DNA from: a virus
Length of the DNA stretch: 20,682 nucleotides
Virus genome (UHGV): UHGV-0140731
Direction: 5' to 3' (one strand)
Below the pieces are notes generated by a model. The model was given only the letters and a program-made list of their open reading frames with translations. It was not told the origin of the DNA and ran no database searches. The first letter of the stretch is position 1; every line of letters begins with the position of its first letter. The translations under genes and the position numbers were made by a program. Of this stretch, positions 9,239-17,689 are shown piece after piece.

Positions 9239-9319
9239 GATCTTATCGCCTACCGTTTCGGTTTAAGTTTTTCTTCCAGTTTCTCCAACAGGAAAAACGC
9301 ATAGGATTCAGTAAGCCTT

Positions 9320-10201
9320 TCAGCGTCCTGAATCGGTATACCCCCATACAAAACCAGGTTGGACACTAAGGTCTGATAGCTTTTCAATCCCCACCTGTGG
9401 AATGAAGTCGGTAGCCCGAAAGGGCACCCACAGACGGGTATACGCACCCTCTGTGGACTCCTTTTTATCCTGATTTGGGCATTTATGCGGCGGGAGACGA
9501 AGACGCATTTCACCTTTATCGATGTAGCACGGTAAACCATGTTCGAGCTTTTCATGAGCCAGTCGGATGTGTGCCGCCAGCTTCATAAATTCAGTATCAA
9601 TGGCCATCCGTTTAATCGTTTCATAACGACGCTCAGCCTGATCTTCACGAGTACCGCTAACATCGTTATAAAGCTCACACTGATAAGCGAATTCCCAAAA
9701 ACGCAAATCAACGATCGCTTCTTTGAATTCCGCGTCATCTTCAGGTGGCAATGCTGCACGGCGCATCTCCAGCATTTCCATTGCCCAACCATCAAGCGGC
9801 ACGATACGCCATTGATAAGGTACTCCCTCTACAGACACCTCAATATCGTCAATGAAAGGTTCCACTTCCAGGACCTGGATATCTTCAGCCAGAGCATTCA
9901 TATCGCAATCGTAATAATGCTCTTTACCGCAATGTTTACAGGTGTAGGTGAATGTCTCGACCGGTGTTTCACGGGAGCCGGTAAATATCCACCATAACGC
10001 GGTAATCCGGTCCTGCGCCGTCCATGTCAGGGGATCATGTTTCACGGGTTCAGCCAGCAAGGCTTTTAAATACGCCGTTGTCTGTTGTTCTTGTTCCTCC
10101 GGTGTTATCGAGTTGAAACGCATCGCATCAGCAATATTTGGCTGACGGAACTGGATCAATTCAGTTGGCCGCGATGGTAGCGGGAAAAGGGGTAAAAGCA
10201 T
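9320..10201 (-). CDS. Phage structural-module protein, unknown function (contains CxxC...C cluster)
   Basis: 293-codon ORF; ATG 10199-10201 with AAGGAG 5-6 nt upstream; CKHCGKEHYYDC motif. No family assigned. Confidence 0.5.
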   Translation of the reverse strand: MLLPLFPLPSRPTELIQFRQPNIADAMRFNSITPEEQEQQTTAYLKALLAEPVKHDPLTWTAQDRITALWWIFTGSRETPVETFTYTCKHCGKEHYYDCDMNALAEDIQVLEVEPFIDDIEVSVEGVPYQWRIVPLDGWAMEMLEMRRAALPPEDDAEFKEAIVDLRFWEFAYQCELYNDVSGTREDQAERRYETIKRMAIDTEFMKLAAHIRLAHEKLEHGLPCYIDKGEMRLRLPPHKCPNQDKKESTEGAYTRLWVPFRATDFIPQVGIEKLSDLSVQPGFVWGYTDSGR

Positions 10202-10215
10202 CCTTGCTCCTTAAT

Positions 10216-10827
10216 TCAAAGAGAAAAACTAAAGCCCAGAAGGGAAGCCAAAGAACTTGAGGATTGGTTAAACGTGCTGTGCAATGCGAAGGTCATTGGG
10301 AATGACTTAAATTCCGTAACCTGATCCCGCGCATAGGTGACATCGCCGGTAGTGACAGGGAATACAGTCATCTCATTTTCCAGTTTGGTTAAGCCGGAAG
10401 ACAGCAACCGATAAATACGCACATTGAGCAAATATTTAGACGGTATATTCCCGGTACCGTCTGGATTAATCACCCGACTTTTTGCCGTCTTAAACCAGTC
10501 CAAAACGAGGCCATCAACGGTATCCCTGACCATCATTGTTATCTGCCCAGGCGAACGCTCCGTTGGTTGAAGGATATTCCCTCCGCCGATTTTAATCGTT
10601 TCATATTCGATGCTGTAATCGTGGTAGGTAATGTCTTTGGCAAAGAAGTCTGCCCCCTCCAGTCCATCAACTTCGACAGAGAACTGCCATCCTTGCGCGA
10701 ACAACATTTTGTTCATGATGATTGACGTCAGCTTACCAATTTCCCGCTCACCAACGCCGGAGCCAAATAATGTCGTCGTTAATGCCGAAGATACATAAGA
10801 CTTTACTGAAGCAACATTAAGCCCCAT
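10216..10827 (-). CDS. Phage structural-module protein, unknown function
   Basis: 203-codon ORF; ATG 10825-10827 preceded by GGGAG; tightly packed with neighbours. Confidence 0.5.
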   Translation of the reverse strand: MGLNVASVKSYVSSALTTTLFGSGVGEREIGKLTSIIMNKMLFAQGWQFSVEVDGLEGADFFAKDITYHDYSIEYETIKIGGGNILQPTERSPGQITMMVRDTVDGLVLDWFKTAKSRVINPDGTGNIPSKYLLNVRIYRLLSSGLTKLENEMTVFPVTTGDVTYARDQVTEFKSFPMTFALHSTFNQSSSSLASLLGFSFSL

Positions 10828-10837
10828 ATCAGCTCCC

Positions 10838-11428
<591 letters not shown>

Positions 11429-11557
11429 TTAACCGATTCTACGAGTTGTCATTTGTTACCGGTCAGTCTACACATTTCAGATGCTGCGTTAAAAAATTCA
11501 AGTACTTCAAGTAGCACATCGTCATCAACACCCAGCCCCAAGATACGGTGATAAAAT

Positions 11558-12535
11558 TCAAGCCTTAAGAGGCTTTGTGTATGTTCGTGTAATCCAACCA
11601 GTAATAAACTCATCCCCTGATTTAACCTGCACGTAAAGCCATTGACGATCTTTCTTATCTAAAATAGCAACAATTGTGTTTTTGCCAATGCATTCAATCA
11701 CTTCACTATTTAAAGAAGGGCTGACATGTAATCTTACGTTATCACCAGTTATAAACCTAAAACCATTGAGATCTTCCCACTTAATTTCTGTGTTTTCTTT
11801 AATTAATTTTTGTTTTGATATTGGTGCATCCTCATATAGGGATACAGAATATGATTCTGTCTTGTGTATTTGCGATAAGATTTGTTCTTTTGCATAATCA
11901 GCAATGGCACCAAGCAACACTTCTGTTAAAAACCACATAATAATAAACTGAAGCGGGTGAGGGAGCGCCTTAAATGAGTCAATAAACGTCGAACTGGATT
12001 TATTTAATCCTTTGTCTTGAACATCACTTTCGTTGTGAGATGTTTCAATAGCACCTTCAACATAAGCCTGTGCAATTGATGAAAGACCTTGCTCCATTGT
12101 TCTATTAAATAGAGATGTCTTTTTTTCAATATATTGATTTTCTTGTTTTTTTATAATATCTTTTGTTAAATCATCGTAAGTTATATATTCTCGTAAATTT
12201 TTAAGTGTAGCCTCCATACTTTCCAAGCCAGCTTGTTTATTAAAAACTTCTATCTGGCTTTGTAATGACAAAGATTTTTCCGACTGTTTCTGAAAATTTT
12301 CAACATACTTACGGAAAAGATGGTTTATCTCATTCGTTTTTAGTGATGTGTTAAATTTTTTTTGAAGATAATTATCTAATATTTTTTGAGATGTTTTTTC
12401 CAAAACTATATGCAATAGATTTTGTTGCAAAAAATCAAGCGGGGTAGTAAGACCACCCAAACTCACTGATTTTGCTAAATTACTTAACTCGTTATATTTG
12501 GAGCTATTAATACTTGCCATCTTATTCGCCATCAT
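11558..12535 (-). CDS. AT-rich cargo gene: membrane protein with central TM helix and C-terminal SH3b-like domain
   Basis: 325-codon ORF in strongly AT-rich DNA; hydrophobic segment LQFIIMWFLTEVLLGAIADYA; C-terminal ~65 aa resemble bacterial SH3 domains (GDNVRLHVSPSLNSEVIECIGKNTIVAILDKKDRQWLYVQVKSGDEFITGWI). Exact start ambiguous (MMANKMAS). Confidence 0.55.
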   Translation of the reverse strand: MMANKMASINSSKYNELSNLAKSVSLGGLTTPLDFLQQNLLHIVLEKTSQKILDNYLQKKFNTSLKTNEINHLFRKYVENFQKQSEKSLSLQSQIEVFNKQAGLESMEATLKNLREYITYDDLTKDIIKKQENQYIEKKTSLFNRTMEQGLSSIAQAYVEGAIETSHNESDVQDKGLNKSSSTFIDSFKALPHPLQFIIMWFLTEVLLGAIADYAKEQILSQIHKTESYSVSLYEDAPISKQKLIKENTEIKWEDLNGFRFITGDNVRLHVSPSLNSEVIECIGKNTIVAILDKKDRQWLYVQVKSGDEFITGWITRTYTKPLKA

Positions 12536-13028
12536 ATTGTTTTAAACACCCGTCTTTTTTAGCTTCCTTGTAAATACTTGAAATACCATTAAGAGAGAAT
12601 GATGTGATTCGACGCGATCCGATATATACATCCATGTTTTTTTCTTTTGTGGCTGACGCTGACTTCCAAAAAGAATACCATTCCCTACGATTTGGAGCAG
12701 TGTTTTGCGTACCAATATTAAAGCTATCCGGACCAACAATTAAGGTAATTACATCAGCTTTACGAGAAATTGTATCGCGTGTAGAAAAATCAGCATTCTC
12801 TTTCCCTCCGCTTACATACAAATTTCTTCCAGCGATATGATCTTCGGAACCTTCCCTTGCTCCAGCATCACAAGAAAAGTTAATTGTATAGCCATCGTCA
12901 TTGGCTGCAGAAATTTCTCTCCACCCTTGCTCACCTCCTACCGTCCAATCGGTAGAACTTGCCATTGCTGATAATGGCAAGAAAGAGGGCATTAATAAAA
13001 AGCTATACAATGACTTATACAATTTCAT
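12522..13028 (-). CDS. AT-rich cargo gene: secreted/periplasmic protein (signal peptide), unknown function
   Basis: 168-codon ORF; ATG 13026-13028 with AAGGA upstream; N-terminal signal-peptide-like sequence MKLYKSLYSFLLMPSFLPLSAMA. Confidence 0.55.
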   Translation of the reverse strand: MKLYKSLYSFLLMPSFLPLSAMASSTDWTVGGEQGWREISAANDDGYTINFSCDAGAREGSEDHIAGRNLYVSGGKENADFSTRDTISRKADVITLIVGPDSFNIGTQNTAPNRREWYSFWKSASATKEKNMDVYIGSRRITSFSLNGISSIYKEAKKDGCLKQYDGE

Positions 13029-13116
13029 ATTTTTATCCTTTTGGTTTTAGGTATTACAGGCATAGTCCATATTGTTAGATCCACTATGCCCAGAGAATTT
13101 AATATTATTCATTAAA

Positions 13117-13608
13117 TTATGGAGCTACACCCGGCCCCCTAGCTCGTTCTTCAAGCGTACCCTGTACGTTTTGATGGCGCATTCCCGGGGCATTTCTGAT
13201 TGAGTCAATGCCATTTCTTCCAACATCTTCTTTATTGACGGCATTGCTCGCCACCAGCACCCCCCAGCTAGGGATAGCAAAATCAGGAGCGGTTTCGCAT
13301 GCCTTTACCATATAATCGAAAGTGCTTCGATTGATCTCGTTCGCGTCCGGATTTAACAGGCGAGAATATTGATATTTAGCATTTTCGTTGGTTGCGACTT
13401 TATACAGTTCTTGCTGCACCATCGCTTCAGAAAGTTTAAGGCGTTTCATGTCTGAAAGTAACTTCTTGCGCATGGATTCGTCTTGGCTGACAGCAAAGCC
13501 GTAAACGTGCCCAAGGTATTTCGTATAATCGGTACAAATCTCCTTTACACTTGATGCTGCATTAACAGTCCCAGCCATAAATAATAACGGTAGTAATAGT
13601 TTTCTCAT
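13117..13608 (-). CDS. Secreted protein with a Sit-related C-terminal tail (chimeric)
   Basis: Start placed at ATG 13606-13608 (MRKLLLPLLFMAGTVNA, GGTGAGG upstream) rather than the longer track start. The last ~45 aa (SNAVNKEDVGRNGIDSIRNAPGMRHQNVQGTLEERARG) are homologous to a segment of the Sit-like protein (GNAVGVNDLVNKFMNGRGMRREVVQGTLEERARG). Confidence 0.55.
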   Translation of the reverse strand: MRKLLLPLLFMAGTVNAASSVKEICTDYTKYLGHVYGFAVSQDESMRKKLLSDMKRLKLSEAMVQQELYKVATNENAKYQYSRLLNPDANEINRSTFDYMVKACETAPDFAIPSWGVLVASNAVNKEDVGRNGIDSIRNAPGMRHQNVQGTLEERARGPGVAP

Positions 13609-13704
13609 TATAACCTCACCTGCCTTATAACCCATTTAGGGTACATATTTTCGCCTTTAAAAAAAAGAGGTTATTAGATCCATTTGTGTATTTATCATAC
13701 AATT

Positions 13705-13721
13705 AATGCTCTAATAAATTT
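13705..13721. promoter_or_regulatory. P1 C1-repressor-type operator (AATGCTCTAATAAATTT)
   Basis: One mismatch to the P1 C1 operator consensus ATTGCTCTAATAAATTT as I recall it; located between divergent transcription units, upstream of the immI-like promoter. Confidence 0.55.
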
Positions 13722-13759
13722 GTATTTTTAAGTCGCGAATGCTATCTTTTCGCATCATA

Positions 13760-13788
13760 TTGACCTTTTAATCGTTCAGGCTTATAGT
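13760..13788 (+). promoter_or_regulatory. sigma70 promoter candidate (TTGACC-17-TATAGT) for the c4/icd/ant-like operon
   Basis: -35 TTGACC at 13760-13765, 17-nt spacer, -10 TATAGT at 13783-13788, read directly from the sequence. Confidence 0.55.
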
Positions 13789-13919
13789 TCCGCCGTCGTA
13801 GCAAATTCTGCGACCGGGTTTAGCAGCCTGAATACTTACGCGGACAACCGCAGATTTCCGATATTGCGGTATTTTTGTGTCCGTAAACCACGTTACGCCC
13901 GAATTATGGTGGGGCGTGA

Positions 13920-13997
13920 TGGGGAGGCTTCGGCCTGCTGGTTTCGTAAGTGCCAGTCTGCTAACCCCGTCACGTCCTGCCACCTGTTTAGCAGCGG
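13920..13997 (+). ncRNA. Candidate c4-like antisense RNA (immI-type translational repressor)
   Basis: Contains a UUCG-tetraloop hairpin (aggc-ttcg-gcct, 13926-13937) and a 7-bp stem (ctgctaa 13958-13964 / ttagcag 13988-13994). Two short elements, cggcct (13931-13936) and tcgtaagt (13944-13951), are complementary to adjacent target sequence 14016-14028 (acttacgaggccg) covering the icd Shine-Dalgarno. Boundaries are approximate. Confidence 0.4.
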
Positions 13998-14033
13998 GTC
14001 GCAGGTTGTTTATCAACTTACGAGGCCGTAACT

Positions 14034-14255
14034 ATGGTTAATGCCAATCCGTGCGCACGCCAAGAATTCATCTGGCGTTTCTATTCCTGTAAAAAACACC
14101 ACTATCACTTCGTTATCGCAGCAACAGAAGACGAAGCACGCTCTCAATTGCCTGATGGCCCCTGCATTTTTACTGCCCGTTTTTCAACTAACTCGCGCAA
14201 TTCACTTAGTTACTGGAGCCTCCCCTTCTCTGCCGACGTTCAGGGGGGTTTATGA
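14034..14255 (+). CDS. Icd-like small protein (P1 immI 'interference with cell division' analogue), translationally coupled to ant
   Basis: 73-codon ORF; GAGG 8 nt upstream of ATG 14034; stop overlaps the ant start as ATGA (14252-14255). Size and position match P1 icd as I recall it. Confidence 0.55.
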   Translation: MVNANPCARQEFIWRFYSCKKHHYHFVIAATEDEARSQLPDGPCIFTARFSTNSRNSLSYWSLPFSADVQGGL

Positions 14256-15289
14256 AAAAACCTCTCGTCACCCGTAATGAAATAGCCGAAGCGATCGCCC
14301 TGCATACAACCTGTATGCCGACACGGGAGATCCCCGGCGCAATTGCCAACTATTTCATGATAACCAGGCGTTTTTATACCCGAACAGATAAGGCTGTGAT
14401 CAACAGGCTACTGATAGCCGAGATCAGGGATTATTTGATTGAACAAGGACGTCTACGTTACGCAACAGTGGCAGCAGAAATGAGAAAGGAGGCGCGCAGA
14501 ATGACCGGTAATAATTTGAATGTTGAAAAACCAGCACCTGTTGCTTCAGCTACGCCAGCACCAGCCCTGAATGTCATCCCCAACACCGGAGACACAATCG
14601 ACAGCCAAACATTGTTGAAGATGGTCAATGAGGCACGGAAATTATGTAGCGAAAAACCAGTTCGCAACAATGATTTCATTGCCAGAGTTAAGGATGAGCT
14701 TGAAGGAGAAACCTACGAAATTTTCGTAGGTCAAAAAAACGGCGCAGAAATAGATATTATAACCATGACCTACAAACAAGCCCTGCGAGTTGCCGCGCGC
14801 GAGTCAAAAGCGGTCCGCCGTTCGCTGATCGACAAACTAGAAGAATTGCAGCAGGCAAACTCCCCTACCCCATCGATCCCCCAAACATTACCAGAAGCCC
14901 TACGCCTGGCTGCCGAGTTGGCAGAACAGAAATTGCAGCTGGAACAACAGCTGGTGGCCGCAGCCCCTAAAGTCGATTTTGCCGACCGGGTATCAGTGGC
15001 TAATGGAATCCTGATCGGGAACTTTGCAAAGGTCGTTGGACTTAAGCAAAACGCCCTTTTCTCATGGTTGCGCCAGAACGGCATTCTCATGGCTTTTGGT
15101 GCGCGCAAAAACGTACCGCGCCAGCAGTACATTAACGCCGGGTATTTCACGGTGAAAGAAGTGGTGCTGGATGATGAAAATGGCTACCAGATACGGCTGA
15201 CGCCCCAATTAACGGGTAAAGGCCAGCAGTGGTTAACTCGCAAGCTACTTGATGCTGGCTTGTTAAAACCAGTGGCGTCCTTGTCTTAA
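14252..15289 (+). CDS. ant: Phage antirepressor Ant (C-terminal KilAC/ANT domain)
   Basis: 345-codon ORF; C-terminal ~140 aa (IPQTLPEALRLAAELAEQK...GNFAKVVGL...GKGQQWLTRKLLDAGLL) form the ANT/KilAC domain and are paralogous to the C-terminus of the downstream KilA. Confidence 0.8.
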   Translation: MKKPLVTRNEIAEAIALHTTCMPTREIPGAIANYFMITRRFYTRTDKAVINRLLIAEIRDYLIEQGRLRYATVAAEMRKEARRMTGNNLNVEKPAPVASATPAPALNVIPNTGDTIDSQTLLKMVNEARKLCSEKPVRNNDFIARVKDELEGETYEIFVGQKNGAEIDIITMTYKQALRVAARESKAVRRSLIDKLEELQQANSPTPSIPQTLPEALRLAAELAEQKLQLEQQLVAAAPKVDFADRVSVANGILIGNFAKVVGLKQNALFSWLRQNGILMAFGARKNVPRQQYINAGYFTVKEVVLDDENGYQIRLTPQLTGKGQQWLTRKLLDAGLLKPVASLS

Positions 15290-15698
15290 CGTATTCAGAC
15301 CAAGATTTGCCATAAATTACAGGCATGTGTACGATATGCCCAACCCTGTTTTTCAGGGGAGGCGCAACGTTATGCGGGGGTTATGAACTCCTGGATGCGT
15401 AGCCTCCAGACAGAAAAAACCCTCGCCACAACGTTGCATGGAGGCAACCAGCGAGGGCATTCCTTATGTCTGATCAACAAGAGGATAGCCGCAAGCAGTT
15501 GCTGTTGCAAGTGTGCGGAGCTTCGTAATGACTCTTCAAAAAGCTTGCAAGTGGATTGTGACCAACATCATTGTTCCTGTCATCATCGGAGCGTCAAGTT
15601 CTGTGTTGGCATCAGTGATTGCCTCACTTCTCCACATTGCATAACAACATTGGAGGGCGTTAGTTCCGCAGTGTAACAGCAGCGCGTTGCGCCCGAAC

Positions 15699-15734
15699 AG
15701 GCCACAGGGTAAAACCTGTGGCCTTTTTCGTTTT
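15699..15734 (+). terminator. Rho-independent terminator
   Basis: aggccacagg-gtaaaa-cctgtggcct (10-bp GC-rich stem) followed by ttttcgtttt. Confidence 0.65.
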
Positions 15735-15843
15735 AGCCAGCCACAAATCCACATTGAAAAACGCCTTATACAAAAAAACCTGCCAGCGAACTGACAGGTT
15801 TCTGAGCAGATCGACCAACCCGATCTGGATCGGACTGGAAAAA

Positions 15844-15860
15844 TTTGCTCTAATAAATTT
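15844..15860. promoter_or_regulatory. P1 C1-repressor-type operator (TTTGCTCTAATAAATTT) upstream of kilA
   Basis: Shares TGCTCTAATAAATTT exactly with the site at 13705-13721; lies ~70 bp upstream of the kilA start and overlaps a weak candidate promoter (TTGCTC-17-TAAGTG). Confidence 0.55.
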
Positions 15861-15929
15861 CGTTTTCTAAGTGCAAAGAATCACCATTTCGAGCTGGTGA
15901 TTGAAGGTTGATGCAAATTTGGAGAAAAA

Positions 15930-16730
15930 ATGCAACAAACATTCAATGCGGATATGAATATATCAAACCTTCATCAAAATGTCGATCCTTCAACCACTCT
16001 GCCCGTTATTTGTGGTGTTGAAATTACGACCGACCGCGCTGGCCGTTACAACCTTAATGCTCTACACAGAGCGAGCGGACTCGGTGCCCATAAAGCGCCA
16101 GCTCAATGGCTAAGAACGCAGTCAGCCAAACAGCTCATCGAAGAGCTTGAAAAAGAAACTATGCAGAATTGCATAGTTTCGTTCGAAGGTCGTGGCGGCG
16201 GCACTTTTGCCCATGAATTGCTCGCTGTGGAATACGCAGGCTGGATTTCTCCCGCATTTCGGCTGAAGGTAAACCAGACATTTATCGACTATCGAGCCGG
16301 AAGATTACAACCTGCTATTCCGCAGAGTCTCCCTGAAGCTCTCCGTTTGGCTGCCGACCTGGCAGAGCAAAAGCAACGGCTGGAGCAAAAAATGCTTATG
16401 GATGCACCTAAAGTCGAATTCGCCGAACGCGTTGCTACCGCCAGCGGGGTTCTAATCGGCAACTATGCCAAAGTGCTCGGCCTGGGCCAAAACTATCTCT
16501 TCACCTGGTTGCGTGATAACGGAATTCTGATCGCAACCGGTGAACGCAGGAACGTCCCCAAACAAGAATACATATCCCGTGGGTACTTCACCCTCAAAGA
16601 AACCGTGATCGATACAAGCAACGGAAGCAGGATTTCTTTCACGACTCGTATAACCGGCAAAGGTCAGCAGTGGCTAATGAAGCGATTGCTTGATGCTGGT
16701 GTGCTGGTACCTGTCGCGGCCACGCGCTAA
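15930..16730 (+). CDS. kilA: KilA (KilA-N domain plus KilAC/ANT C-terminal domain)
   Basis: 266-codon ORF with GGAG 5 nt upstream; C-terminal domain paralogous to Ant; size and position (operator, then kilA, then a 281-codon gene) match the P1 lytic replicon as I recall it. Confidence 0.7.
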   Translation: MQQTFNADMNISNLHQNVDPSTTLPVICGVEITTDRAGRYNLNALHRASGLGAHKAPAQWLRTQSAKQLIEELEKETMQNCIVSFEGRGGGTFAHELLAVEYAGWISPAFRLKVNQTFIDYRAGRLQPAIPQSLPEALRLAADLAEQKQRLEQKMLMDAPKVEFAERVATASGVLIGNYAKVLGLGQNYLFTWLRDNGILIATGERRNVPKQEYISRGYFTLKETVIDTSNGSRISFTTRITGKGQQWLMKRLLDAGVLVPVAATR

Positions 16731-16759
16731 CAGACGTAGTAAGAACCACCAGCATTGTA

Positions 16760-17605
16760 ATGCTGGCTAAAGTCACTTTCCTGAGCTGTATAACGATGAG
16801 CGATTTTACTTTTTCTGGCTATGAATTGGCCTGCTTTGTAACACACTCCGGTCTATCCCGTAGCGCCGGGCATATCCTGTCGCAATGTGCAAATCTCGCG
16901 GCAACAACCAGTGAATACTTCATTCACAAGCCTCACCGCATGATTGCGGCAGAAACTGGTTATAGCCAATCAACCGTCGTTCGCGCATTCCGTGAAGCTG
17001 TAAACAAAGGAATCCTGTCGGTAGAGATTGTTATCGGCGAGCACCGTGAACGTCGCGCTAACCTGTACCGGTTTACACCATCCTTTTTGGCCTTTGCTCA
17101 ACAAGCCAAAAATGCGCTAATTGAAAGCAAATTAAAGATCTCTTCAGCCGCAACCAAGGTTAAAGCAGTTCTCGCTAAGACATTGGCTTTATTTGATTTT
17201 TTATCCACACCCCCATGTCAAAATGATACCCCCTCCCCCTGTCAGGATGACGTGGCAATAAAGAATAAGAAGTCACAAGTTAAAAAAACAAAAAGATCAG
17301 TTTCCGGCGGTGCCGGAACGACCAGACTCAAAAAATTGACTTCATGGATCGCTGAGGCAAAAGCAAAGGCTGACAATCTGCGGTTATCCAAAAAACGCGC
17401 TCAAAAACATGAGTTCAAGCAGAAAGTAGAGGCGGCAGCGCGGAAATATGCTTACCTGAAGAACAAGCGTTCTCCTGATATTGGCGGGGTATCAAACTTC
17501 GATAATCTGCCGCATTGCATGACGGTAAACGAAGCTCTTAATGCGGTTTTAGCCAAAAATAAAGATAACGAACAATGGGGTATACCGGCAGGATTCAGAG
17601 GGTGA
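16760..17605 (+). CDS. repL: RepL-like lytic replication protein (HTH-containing)
   Basis: 281-codon ORF immediately after kilA; helix-turn-helix-like segment AAETGYSQSTVVRAFREAVNKGIL. Assignment is by context and size; weak Shine-Dalgarno, start uncertain (ATG 16760 or 16796). Confidence 0.5.
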   Translation: MLAKVTFLSCITMSDFTFSGYELACFVTHSGLSRSAGHILSQCANLAATTSEYFIHKPHRMIAAETGYSQSTVVRAFREAVNKGILSVEIVIGEHRERRANLYRFTPSFLAFAQQAKNALIESKLKISSAATKVKAVLAKTLALFDFLSTPPCQNDTPSPCQDDVAIKNKKSQVKKTKRSVSGGAGTTRLKKLTSWIAEAKAKADNLRLSKKRAQKHEFKQKVEAAARKYAYLKNKRSPDIGGVSNFDNLPHCMTVNEALNAVLAKNKDNEQWGIPAGFRG

Positions 17606-17689
17606 TAGATTGCTCTAATCTGGAGTCACCTGGCGTTTTCAGTTTGAGGTCGGAGATGCAATCTGATTTTTTACAGTTAGCGATCGCTT

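Noticed and set aside
3239-9266. Plus-strand ORFs antisense to baseplate and Sit-like genes (for example 3239-3508, 4241-4531, 5943-6293, 7371-7697, 8025-8321, 9036-9266), and minus-strand 6178-6438 inside sit
   Set aside because: They are embedded in long, coupled minus-strand genes, lack ribosome-binding sites, and are low-complexity translations. Most likely they are byproducts of the long coding ORFs they overlap.
11558-11576. Short hairpin aagcct-taag-aggctt at the stop of the SH3b-domain gene as a terminator
   Set aside because: Only a 6-bp stem with a weak T-run on the transcribed strand; insufficient to call a terminator.
13768-14016. Minus-strand ORF of 82 codons across the c4-like region
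   Set aside because: It is antisense to the promoter-proximal regulatory RNA region, rich in Arg/Pro/Gly from GC-rich structure, with no Shine-Dalgarno; the plus-strand regulatory interpretation explains the sequence better.
14458-15150. Minus-strand ORFs 14458-14679 and 14770-15150 inside ant
   Set aside because: Antisense to a well-supported antirepressor gene; compositionally odd (Cys/Ala/Ser/Arg-rich).
15383-15754. Track ORFs 15383-15676 (+) and 15536-15754 (-)
   Set aside because: Cys/His/Ser-rich low-complexity translations; the minus ORF runs through the terminator hairpin. The two short plus-strand ORFs in another frame are the better candidates.
17608-17618. Third C1-type operator after repL
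   Set aside because: Only the first 11 of 17 positions match (ATTGCTCTAAT); mentioned within a finding but not annotated as a feature.
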